From Candidatus Nanopusillus sp. (GTDB lineage Archaea > Nanobdellota > Nanobdellia > Nanobdellales > Nanobdellaceae): a stretch of 31,940 nucleotides of DNA. The stretch spans positions 1 through 31,940 of the forward strand of contig DAIUEN010000002.1 in the NCBI GenBank assembly GCA_036845085.1. The letters are read 5' to 3'. The translations under genes and the position numbers were made by a program. This document shows, piece after piece, positions 9,436 through 17,550 of this stretch. The notes beneath the pieces are model-generated. The model had not been told where the DNA came from. It did no database searches and was given only the letters and a program-made list of their open reading frames with translations. Numbering within the stretch: position 1 is the stretch's first letter; the number at the start of each line of letters is the position of its first letter.

Positions 9436-9915
9436 CTATTTCTTTTTCTTTTGTACGCCAACTGTTCTTCCTTTTCTATGATGAGATCTTGTCTTTTGAC
9501 CTCTAACTGGTAATCCATGCTTATGTCTATTTCCTCTCCAACTATTTAGTTCTATTTCTTTTTTTATATCCATCTTTACTTGTATCTCTAAATCAGATCC
9601 TACTAAGTGTTTATCTTTTCCATCATATTTGTCTTTTTGCCTATTTAATAGCCATTTAGGAATTCCATATTTTTCTGGATTTTTTAAGCAGTCTTCTAAC
9701 CTTTGTAGCTCTTCGTCTGATAAAGCACCTAAAGCAATATATTTGTTTATACCTAAAGCTATACATACTGCATGGGCAAATCTCCAATTTACCCCCGGTA
9801 TCTTTCTTAGTTCTAGAAATATTGGCCTATTTCCTTTTAATTCTACTCCAGCAATACGTACAGCATCTTTTATAGTAACGTTTTCCGGTATTATCATTTT
9901 CATAGCACCAGGCAT
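9436..9915 (-). CDS. rps13: 30S ribosomal protein uS13
   Basis: VRIAGVELKGNRPIFLELRKIPGVNWRFAHAVC and a basic C-terminus HGLPVRGQKTRSHHRKGRTVG. Ends 10 nt upstream of rps4. Confidence 0.95.
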   Translation of the reverse strand: MPGAMKMIIPENVTIKDAVRIAGVELKGNRPIFLELRKIPGVNWRFAHAVCIALGINKYIALGALSDEELQRLEDCLKNPEKYGIPKWLLNRQKDKYDGKDKHLVGSDLEIQVKMDIKKEIELNSWRGNRHKHGLPVRGQKTRSHHRKGRTVGVQKKKK

Positions 9916-9970
9916 TATACTTTAATATATATATTATTTAAAAGTTTTACATAAACATAAATAGAGTAAT

Positions 9971-11650
9971 ATGAAAGTTGGTTATATTATAAGAGAAGCT
10001 ACACCGGATTACTTTTATTTTATATTGAACCCCGATCTAAAGGAAAAAGTTTCTATTGGTAGTGTATTAAAGGTTAAAATAAATAACGAGATATATTTTG
10101 CTATAGTAGAAGATCTAAAATCTGAAGCAATGGATGAAGAAAGATTAATAGATTATGAGTCAATAGATTATTTATATGGAGAAATAAAAAAGGTACAATT
10201 TATATTATATGGTAAAGCTATCTTTATAGGTATGTTAAAAGACGATAAAGTATTACAAGAAAAACCTAAAGTCCCACCAAGTCCTGGAGATGCTGTATAT
10301 TTACCTACGGAAGATGAAATACATAAAATATATTCTTTTGATGATACGAAGACCGTAGTGCCTTTAGGTATAATAAATTTGCAGAATAAAAAATATATAG
10401 TTGGCTTATTTATAAAAAATCTTATAATTAGGCATACAGGAATTTTTGGTATAACTGGATCTGGAAAATCTACAACTGTAGCTCATTTGATTAATGAATT
10501 AAAAAATAAAAATATACCAATTTTATTATTTGATGTTCATAGAGACTATGTCTTGTCATATGATAATGCTGTTGTTATAACATTTAGCAAAAAAGAAAAA
10601 GAATTTCTAGAAAAATTAGCTAAAGAAAAAAACAAAAAGATAAATATAGAAATAGGAAAACTAAAGCCAGATATAATACATGATTATATGGAAGAATTTT
10701 TAGGATTGCAGAGAAAACAAGCCCCTAGAATTTTTAATTTGTTATCTAAAATATTGTCTAAAAAGATAGAATTCTTGTCAGAATTAATAGATATACTAGA
10801 ATATATAAATAAGAATACTAATAAAGAAAAACTTAAGGAAAAATATAGATATAATGAAGAAAAACTAAGAGAGATAGACAAAATAAAAGAAGAGTATAAT
10901 CAAAAGGAAGATGTTGTAAGATCTTTATTATCTAGATTGCAAAGAATAAGAAATTGGAATATTATTGCGAAGGATAAAATGGAGGGTGGGGAAGATATTA
11001 TACATTTGTTAGATAAATTAATAAAAGACATAGTTAATTATAGAAATATAGAAAATTATAGTAATATTATAGAAGGAGTTGATGGAGAAATATATATGAA
11101 AGTTGAAGAGTCATATCCATTGAATTTAATAATAATAGATTTATATCCACTATCTATTGAAGAACAAAAAATATTATTGGATATATTATTAGAAAAAATA
11201 TATAACAAATATAAAGAGATGAAATTTAATAATCAAACAGATATTTTGGGTATCGTAATAGAAGAAGCTCATCGTTTTGCCTCAAAAGATACGGAAGTGG
11301 CATCTAAAATATCTTTGATAGCAAGAGAAGGAAGAAAGTTTGGATTGGGTTTGATATTGGTTTCTCAAATACCATCAAAGATAACTGAAGATATTATATC
11401 TCAGATAAATACTTTTCTCTTTTTGAAGATAATAAATCCTAGAGATTTAGAATTTATAAGGAGGACTTGTCCATATTTATCTAGAGAATATTTTGAAGCT
11501 TTAACAAAACTAGAGACTGGTTACTGTTTAGCAGTTGGTCTTGCAGTAAAAAATCCAGCAATATTAAAAATTATGAAAACTGTAGAAGTTGGTGGAGCAG
11601 AAGATGATATTGATAGAAGAATAATGGAAAGAGTAAGTAAATCAATATGA
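9971..11650 (+). CDS. herA: HerA-type hexameric DNA helicase/translocase (FtsK-HerA superfamily)
   Basis: N-terminal HAS-barrel-like segment, Walker A GITGSGKSTT, Walker B VIEEAHRF and AREGRKFGLGLILVSQ. Lys/Glu-rich internal insertion. Confidence 0.85.
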   Translation: MKVGYIIREATPDYFYFILNPDLKEKVSIGSVLKVKINNEIYFAIVEDLKSEAMDEERLIDYESIDYLYGEIKKVQFILYGKAIFIGMLKDDKVLQEKPKVPPSPGDAVYLPTEDEIHKIYSFDDTKTVVPLGIINLQNKKYIVGLFIKNLIIRHTGIFGITGSGKSTTVAHLINELKNKNIPILLFDVHRDYVLSYDNAVVITFSKKEKEFLEKLAKEKNKKINIEIGKLKPDIIHDYMEEFLGLQRKQAPRIFNLLSKILSKKIEFLSELIDILEYINKNTNKEKLKEKYRYNEEKLREIDKIKEEYNQKEDVVRSLLSRLQRIRNWNIIAKDKMEGGEDIIHLLDKLIKDIVNYRNIENYSNIIEGVDGEIYMKVEESYPLNLIIIDLYPLSIEEQKILLDILLEKIYNKYKEMKFNNQTDILGIVIEEAHRFASKDTEVASKISLIAREGRKFGLGLILVSQIPSKITEDIISQINTFLFLKIINPRDLEFIRRTCPYLSREYFEALTKLETGYCLAVGLAVKNPAILKIMKTVEVGGAEDDIDRRIMERVSKSI

Positions 11651-11964
11651 AATTGAGGGCTTTACTTAGACAAATACAAAATAATATTCTTTTTTCTGAA
11701 GGTGATATAAATAAATTATTTTATGACCTAATAGATAAATACAAACTTATTCTAAACAATAAAAAGATATATATAAATCAAGACGAATACTATAGTTCTT
11801 TTTTATTTGAAACGGATAAATTAAGTATATATTTACATTATTGGGAGAAAATAGATTATTGTTACATTGAAATAGTAACGAATTTTGATGCTTTTAATAT
11901 TTTTGATTATATAAGGAATTTTCTAAAAGCTAATTACTGGAAGGTTTTGGGTTATGAAAAATAA
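11647..11964 (+). CDS. Hypothetical 105-aa protein translationally coupled to herA; weak resemblance to the pyruvoyl AdoMetDC (SpeH) core motif
   Basis: ATGA overlap with the herA stop. LFETDKLSIYLHYWEKIDYCYIEIVTN resembles LAESHISIHTWPEyGYaaiDvFTC, but the Glu-Ser self-cleavage site is not clearly kept. Confidence 0.5.
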   Translation: MKLRALLRQIQNNILFSEGDINKLFYDLIDKYKLILNNKKIYINQDEYYSSFLFETDKLSIYLHYWEKIDYCYIEIVTNFDAFNIFDYIRNFLKANYWKVLGYEK

Positions 11965-12004
11965 AAATTAATTACCATAATAATTCTATATAATTCTATA
12001 ATAT

Positions 12005-12087
12005 GCCGCGGTGCCCGAGTGGTCCAAGGGGTCTGGCTTGAGACCAGATCCCGATAAGGGGCGTGGGTTCGAATCCCACCCGCGGCG
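12005..12087 (+). tRNA. tRNA-Ser (anticodon TGA), class II with long variable arm
   Basis: Acceptor GCCGCGG/CCGCGGC, anticodon stem TCTGG/CCAGA, loop CTTGAGA, variable arm TCCCGATAAGGGGC, T arm GTGGG-TTCGAAT-CCCAC, discriminator G. No encoded CCA. Confidence 0.9.
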
Positions 12088-12146
12088 AATTTATTTTAAT
12101 TTAAGATATAAAAGATAATTTAACAAAAATAAAAAGTAAAAGTTAT

Positions 12147-12180
12147 TATATTGAAAAAAACAAATAACATTTTCAATATA
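12147..12180. terminator. Perfect 11-bp inverted repeat (TATATTGAAAA / TTTTCAATATA, 12-nt loop) between convergent tRNA-Ser and the glycosyltransferase gene
   Basis: Read directly from the sequence. It sits in a convergent intergenic spacer. The AT-only stem gives low stability, so function is uncertain. Confidence 0.25.
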
Positions 12181-12202
12181 TTATAATTTCTACTAGATTA
12201 TT

Positions 12203-13429
12203 TTACTTTATATTGTTATTTTTGTTTTTATTTATGCGAAAGTTATTTATTAATGTATCTATTTCTTTAGCAAATCTATCCCAAGATAAGTCAAGCTCTT
12301 TAATTATTTGTTTATTTTTTAACCCATCTTCTATTAATTTATCTTTGTTTCTTGTAAAGTATACTAAAGCTTTATAAATTTCTTCAATCATTTTTTTATT
12401 ATCAAATTTTTCTTTTATCCAGTAAATACCAGGAAAATTTTTTAGTATTTCATAATTACCAGATGGATAAGTATTTATTATAAATTTACCAGATGCTGCA
12501 GCTTCCAACGGAGCGATTCCAAAGTCTTCCATAAAAGGTACATGAACAAAAGCTAAACATTCTGAATATAATCTTTTTAATTCTTTATCTTTTACATCAG
12601 TTTTAACAATAACTTTTCCAATTAAATCTTTTTCTTTTATGTAATTTAAAATTCTGTAATAATATTTTTTTTGTTCCAATCCTCCAACTAAATATAGTTT
12701 ATAATCTTTAAATTCTTTAGAAAATAATTCAAATGCTCTTATTAAAACATCTTGTCTTTTTCTTCGATGAAATCTTGCAACATATAAAAAATAATCTTTT
12801 GGTTTGGAATTATAAAAATCATTCAGGTTTACTCCAGGATAAATCACAGATGTTTTTTCTATTTTTATTAAGTTTTTGTCTAAAGCTCTTTTTCTTGATA
12901 ATTCAGAATTAAAAATAGCAAAATCAATATTTTTCCATGCTATTTTTTCTAATTTGTTATATATTATAAATGCTAATTTATATAACAACTTTTGTATATA
13001 TCTACTATCCTTAAATGAATATTTCATATTCCAATAATAATCATAAATATAGGAGTCTCTAAGTATTGTATGTACATAAGCAATTTTTAGATAATTTCTT
13101 AATTTATTTCTTAGTAATATTAATTCACCCATACCCGCCGTAGATAGTAAAAGTATATCATACTTATATTTTTTAAATATGTATTCGATATTGACAAAAG
13201 ATCCTAACAATAAAGGAATAGCTCTTAACAAAAATGCTTTTGCCAATGCTTTCAACTTTTCGTTAAATAAATATATGACTTTTAAATCTTTAAAAACTTC
13301 ATTAGGTATATAAAATAAAGTAAATATTGTTATTTTATTCTTACTTCTATTATAAAATTCATAAATTAATCTTTCTATCCCGCCACTCGATTTTATTGTT
13401 GTATGAAAGAGTAATATCTTTTTTTGCAT
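12203..13429 (-). CDS. Glycosyltransferase, GT-B fold (GT4-like)
   Basis: 408 aa. C-terminal donor-binding motif FVHVPFMEDFGIAPLEAAASGKFII (E-x7-E) preceded by YLVGG. Confidence 0.85.
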   Translation of the reverse strand: MQKKILLFHTTIKSSGGIERLIYEFYNRSKNKITIFTLFYIPNEVFKDLKVIYLFNEKLKALAKAFLLRAIPLLLGSFVNIEYIFKKYKYDILLLSTAGMGELILLRNKLRNYLKIAYVHTILRDSYIYDYYWNMKYSFKDSRYIQKLLYKLAFIIYNKLEKIAWKNIDFAIFNSELSRKRALDKNLIKIEKTSVIYPGVNLNDFYNSKPKDYFLYVARFHRRKRQDVLIRAFELFSKEFKDYKLYLVGGLEQKKYYYRILNYIKEKDLIGKVIVKTDVKDKELKRLYSECLAFVHVPFMEDFGIAPLEAAASGKFIINTYPSGNYEILKNFPGIYWIKEKFDNKKMIEEIYKALVYFTRNKDKLIEDGLKNKQIIKELDLSWDRFAKEIDTLINNFRINKNKNNNIK

Positions 13430-13440
13430 AATAAGTAATT

Positions 13441-14157
13441 ATGGTAAATATACATATAATTTTTGTTGAACCAGAATCAGAAGACAATGTAGGTGCTTTA
13501 GCTAGAGTTATGGCAAATTTTGATTTTAAAAATCTAATTATTGTTAATCCTAAAGTAAATGTTTTTTCTGAAAAAGTAAAAGTCGTTTCTAGAGAAAAAG
13601 GTTGGGAAATAATAAAAAATTGTAAAATATTTGATGACTTCGATGAAGTAATTGCAAAATTCAGCATTACTTATGGTACTACTGGAATATTCGGAAGAAA
13701 GTCAAGTGAATTGTTAAGAAATCCCATAACACCTAGAGAATTAGCTAATAAGATATGGAAATATGAAGGAGATGTTGGAATATTCTTTGGTAGAGAGTCT
13801 ACAGGATTTGATAATTATGAACTGGGTAGATTTGATTCTATAATAACAATACCAACAAGTATAGAATATCCAATTATGAATATTACTCATGCAGCTGCAA
13901 TAATATTGTATGAACTATATGTTGCTAAACATAATCCAATCAGAAAAACTTTTAAGTTAATTAATCAGCATGAAAGATATTTACTGAAACGTACATTTAA
14001 GGAATTTATCTATAGTCTGCCATTACAAGAATATAGAAAGAGCGTAGCATATAGAGGAATTAGAAACATTATTGGAAAATCGATAATAACAAAAAGGGAA
14101 TATACTACTTGGATGGGTATTTTAAGAAAGGCTATAGAATCTATAAAAAAATTTTAA
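13441..14157 (+). CDS. SpoU/TrmH-family RNA 2'-O-methyltransferase (TrmJ-like)
   Basis: N-terminal IFVEPESEDNVGALARVMANF, and SPOUT knot motifs IFFGRESTGF and ITIPT...MNITHAAAIILYE. Confidence 0.85.
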   Translation: MVNIHIIFVEPESEDNVGALARVMANFDFKNLIIVNPKVNVFSEKVKVVSREKGWEIIKNCKIFDDFDEVIAKFSITYGTTGIFGRKSSELLRNPITPRELANKIWKYEGDVGIFFGRESTGFDNYELGRFDSIITIPTSIEYPIMNITHAAAIILYELYVAKHNPIRKTFKLINQHERYLLKRTFKEFIYSLPLQEYRKSVAYRGIRNIIGKSIITKREYTTWMGILRKAIESIKKF

Positions 14158-14182
14158 AATTTTTTCTATATTTTATTACTAA

Positions 14183-14414
14183 ATGATAATCAAAAAATTA
14201 GATGCATATCTAGACGGAAAGAAGATAGAAGTAGGAAAAATCTTTCCCTATAGTATACTGTGAAAACTATAATGTAAAATTATATATAGAATCAGATGTA
14301 ATAAAAGGAGAATATGATGTTTTATCTATAAGATACTTAGATAACATAAAAGAGGACTTTTCATACATATGTAGATTAAGAAATGAAGATTTTACATATA
14401 TAAAAGGCTATTAT
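14183..14414 (+). other. Probable displaced 5' coding part of the downstream gene (ATG 14183, frame break at A5 run 14236-14240)
   Basis: The ATG-initiated 26-codon ORF (MIIKKLDAYLDGKKIEVGK...) stops at 14261. The frame of the 14415 ORF is already open from 14235 and reads protein-like (SFPIVYCENYNVKLYIESDVIKGEYDVLSIRYLDNIKEDFSYICRLRNEDFTYIKGYY) with no start codon. Confidence 0.6.
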
Positions 14415-15272
14415 ATGAGCAGCAATATAATAAGAACTACTTATCCTGATGCTTTATTGTTAAGATCTGAAAATACTTATATAAAAGGTGTAGAACTTAG
14501 GAAAACTATAAGAAACATTTGCAATAATATTACTTGTGAAGTATCTGCAGATACTTTAGGTTTATCTTTTTATAAAGAAAAGATAGATATAGTTCCTATC
14601 ATTGGAGTATCAGAAGAATATGAATCAGATTCTACCTTTTCAATTATTATACATAATAATGCTGTTTTTAAGATAAAACCAGATGAGAAAACTGCAAGAT
14701 TTTCTCTATTTGATTTAATAGAATATACGGCAATAGTAAGAATGTTTAGTATAGATAATTGTAGTTATATTTATACTACTAATGGAAAGAAAAAGATATG
14801 TAGACCATCTTTAGAAGAAAAAATACATGAAGTAAATATTAGTGATATACAATATTGGATGGAATTTTTTGTTTCGGAACTAGTAAAAAATACGATTTCT
14901 AAAGGATTATTTATATATGATATTGGCTTTTCTCAAATAGGAGATGATAATTATAAATTTAAAATTATAGATATAGGTAAAGGAGGTAGAATAATAAATC
15001 CGAGTTTAGAAGGAAAAACTTATATAGAGCAAGCAGTTGGAAAATTTTTAGAACATACTAGAAGGTTGTTAATGTTTGATATTCATAGTTTACATTATAT
15101 TTTGTACAGTATGAAAATTAAAAAAACTAAAAATTCCTATGAGCTCGCCAAGTTAATTGGAGATCTATCTATTATATTAGATAAAATTATAGAAAAACAA
15201 AAAAGAGACTTGGAAATAGACTATAGCCTTAAACTTCCAAATAAAATTGAACAATATATAGTAAAAACATAA
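14415..15272 (+). CDS. Hypothetical protein (as tracked); likely the 3' part of a ~362-aa gene, with a weak protein-kinase-like motif
   Basis: 285-aa ORF. GLFIYDIGFSQIGDDNYKFKIIDIGKG is spaced like the catalytic-loop/DFG region of RIO/Bud32/APH-type kinases, but the His and Asn positions are substituted. VFKIKP could be the beta3 Lys. Confidence 0.7.
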   Translation: MSSNIIRTTYPDALLLRSENTYIKGVELRKTIRNICNNITCEVSADTLGLSFYKEKIDIVPIIGVSEEYESDSTFSIIIHNNAVFKIKPDEKTARFSLFDLIEYTAIVRMFSIDNCSYIYTTNGKKKICRPSLEEKIHEVNISDIQYWMEFFVSELVKNTISKGLFIYDIGFSQIGDDNYKFKIIDIGKGGRIINPSLEGKTYIEQAVGKFLEHTRRLLMFDIHSLHYILYSMKIKKTKNSYELAKLIGDLSIILDKIIEKQKRDLEIDYSLKLPNKIEQYIVKT

Positions 15273-15291
15273 TAATTTTTATTGAATAAAG

Positions 15292-15618
15292 ATGATTATG
15301 GAGTTTAATGAATATCAAAAGTTGGCTAAAGAGACTGCAGAATATCCAGATAGGTTAGAAGGTGGATTTTATTATCCAGCATTAGGATTGGCGGGAGAAG
15401 TAGGAGAATTATTAAATAAAATTAAGAAAATAGCTAGAGATAGTATTCAAATACCTAGGGAAGAAATTATTTCTGAATTAGGTGATATACTTTGGTATCT
15501 TTCTGAAATTGCTAGGAGATTTGATATATCATTAGAAGAGGTGGCTGAATATAATATAAAGAAACTAATGGATAGAAAAAGGAAAGGCACTATACATGGC
15601 AGTGGGGATAAAAGATAA
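15292..15618 (+). CDS. MazG-type nucleoside triphosphate pyrophosphohydrolase (small all-alpha NTP-PPase)
   Basis: 108 aa. FNEYQKLAKETAEYP, ALGLAGEVGELLNKIKK and ELGDILWYLSEIARRFDISLEEV carry the EExxE/D metal motifs of the MazG domain. Confidence 0.85.
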   Translation: MIMEFNEYQKLAKETAEYPDRLEGGFYYPALGLAGEVGELLNKIKKIARDSIQIPREEIISELGDILWYLSEIARRFDISLEEVAEYNIKKLMDRKRKGTIHGSGDKR

Positions 15619-15663
15619 ATAAAAATTTATATAATTTTTTAATGTATACATTAAGAATATCGT

Positions 15664-15737
15664 GGGCCCGTAGCTCAGCTGGCTAGAGCGTCGGGCTTTT
15701 AACCCGAAGGTCGGGGGTTCGAATCCCCCCGGGCCCG
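15664..15737 (+). tRNA. tRNA-Lys (anticodon TTT)
   Basis: Acceptor GGGCCCG/CGGGCCC, D arm GCTC-AGCTGGCTA-GAGC, anticodon arm TCGGG-CTTTTAA-CCCGA, T arm GGGGG-TTCGAAT-CCCCC, discriminator G. Confidence 0.92.
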
Positions 15738-15774
15738 GGTTCTGATAATAAATTTTTTTATTGAGAATATATTT

Positions 15775-17550
15775 ATGGCCATCAGATCACCAATTGTTGT
15801 AGTTTTAGGTCATGTTGATGCAGGTAAAACTTCCCTATTAGATAAAATAAGAAATACTGCAATTGCTCAGAAAGAAGCTGGAGGGATTACTCAACATATT
15901 GGTGCTACAGAAGTTCCTATTACTGTAATAAAAGAAATAGCAAAACCTTTACTAAATATATTTAAATTTGAATTAAAATTACCTTCTATTTTATTTATAG
16001 ATACACCAGGACATGAAGCTTTTAGTAATTTAAGAAAAAGAGGAGGATCTGTAGCAGATTTTGCTATAATAGTAGTGGATATTATTGAAGGTATACAAAA
16101 ACAAACATATGAAGCTATAGAAATATGTAAGCAATTTAAGGTACCATTTTTAATTGCTTTAAATAAAATAGATAGAATTCCGGGATGGAAATCTCAAGAA
16201 AATAGACCTTTTTTAGAGAGTATAAATAAACAGGATAATAAGGTTCAATCTATATTAGAAGAAAAATTATATGATATTGTAGTAAAGTTGTATGAACTTG
16301 GATTTGAATCTGATAGATATGATAGAGTAAAAGATTTTAGAAGACAAGTTGCGATAGTACCTATATCCGCGAAAACTGGAGAAGGAATTGCCGATTTGTT
16401 GTTATTGATTGCTGGATTGGTTCAAAGATATCTTGAAGAAAAGTTAAAGATAAACATAGAAGGTAATGGAGTAGGGGTCATATTAGAAAAAAAGGAAGAA
16501 AAAGGATTTGGTACAGTATTAGATATAATATTATATGATGGAAAAATAAGAAAAGGTGATAAAATTGCATTCTTAACAAAGAATGGAATAAAAACTACTA
16601 AGATAAAAGCTATACTAAAACCTTATCCATTATTAGATATTAGATTCTCTAAAAATAAGTTTGAAGAAGTAGAAGAAGTAGTTGCTGCTGCTGGAATTAG
16701 AATAGTAGCTGATGGGTTAGAAGAAGCCATTGCAGGTTCTGAAATATATGTATATAATACAGAAAGTGAATTAGAAAAAATTAAAGAAAGTTTATCTATT
16801 ACTACAGAATCTATAATTTTTTCTTCAGATAAAGAAGGGGTAATTGTAAAGGCAGATACTTTAGGAACCCTTGAGGTATTGGTAAAATTACTGAAAGAAA
16901 GAAATATACCAATAAAAAAAGCAGATATAGGAAATATTACAAAAGAGGATGTAGATTTATTACTTTCTATAAAAGAAAAAAGTCCAGAGTATGCAGTAAT
17001 AGTAGCATTTAATGTAGACATTGACAAAAATATAGAAGATTACATAAAAAGTATAAATCTGAAAATAATATCTTCGAATATTATCTATAGATTATTAGAA
17101 GAATTGGAAGAATATGTTAATTATCTTAAAGAACAAAAAGAAAGACAAAAGGTATCTCTACCACCTGTTGGAAAGATTAAAATATTACCAGGTCATGTAT
17201 TTAGAAGGAGTAATCCGTCTATTGTCGGAATAGAGGTTTTAGCCGGTAAAATAAAAAAAGATATATATTTGATAAATGAAAAAGGAAAAATAGTTGGTAG
17301 GATATTATCAATACAGCATGAAAAGAAATCTTTAGAAGAAGCCAAAAAAGGAGACAAAGTAGCTATATCTATTGAAGATGGGGTTGTTGGAAGAAATATA
17401 GAAGAAGGAGATATCCTCTATACTTATATTACGGAGCAAGATTTTAGGAACTATAAAGAGAAGAAAGATATATTAGATGAAGAAACTAAGCAAATATTGA
17501 GAGAAATTTCTAGTATATTTAGAAAAGAAAATCCTGCCTGGGGTTTATAG
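15775..17550 (+). CDS. infB: Translation initiation factor aIF5B (IF2-type GTPase)
   Basis: G1 GHVDAGKTS, G3 DTPGHEAF, G4 NKIDR. 591 aa with the typical four-domain length and no intein. Confidence 0.95.
   Translation: MAIRSPIVVVLGHVDAGKTSLLDKIRNTAIAQKEAGGITQHIGATEVPITVIKEIAKPLLNIFKFELKLPSILFIDTPGHEAFSNLRKRGGSVADFAIIVVDIIEGIQKQTYEAIEICKQFKVPFLIALNKIDRIPGWKSQENRPFLESINKQDNKVQSILEEKLYDIVVKLYELGFESDRYDRVKDFRRQVAIVPISAKTGEGIADLLLLIAGLVQRYLEEKLKINIEGNGVGVILEKKEEKGFGTVLDIILYDGKIRKGDKIAFLTKNGIKTTKIKAILKPYPLLDIRFSKNKFEEVEEVVAAAGIRIVADGLEEAIAGSEIYVYNTESELEKIKESLSITTESIIFSSDKEGVIVKADTLGTLEVLVKLLKERNIPIKKADIGNITKEDVDLLLSIKEKSPEYAVIVAFNVDIDKNIEDYIKSINLKIISSNIIYRLLEELEEYVNYLKEQKERQKVSLPPVGKIKILPGHVFRRSNPSIVGIEVLAGKIKKDIYLINEKGKIVGRILSIQHEKKSLEEAKKGDKVAISIEDGVVGRNIEEGDILYTYITEQDFRNYKEKKDILDEETKQILREISSIFRKENPAWGL

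Noticed and set aside
9476-9490. Additional ATGATGA / CTGA-like strings inside coding regions (for example in rps13, the DHH gene at about 25971 and the ASCH gene at about 27797) as further C/D sRNAs
   Set aside because: They lack the full C-D'-C'-D arrangement with 12-nt spacers and lie within conserved coding sequence.
9971-11964. HerA plus small ORF as an anti-phage defence pair (HerA-associated defence systems)
   Set aside because: Known HerA defence partners (SIR2, DUF4297-type nucleases) are large effector proteins. Here mre11-rad50 lie nearby and the context is housekeeping. The pair is kept only as an unexplained partner question.
11981-12000. Tandem 10-mer TAATTCTATA x2 immediately upstream of tRNA-Ser
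   Set aside because: Only two copies of an AT-only decamer in AT-rich promoter DNA. It may be a duplicated TATA element but is indistinguishable from chance.
15775-17550. Intein or split gene in aIF5B, XPD or other large genes (as seen in some reduced archaeal genomes)
   Set aside because: All have uninterrupted motif order and normal lengths, and no tRNA half-genes (isolated GC-rich islands) were seen either.
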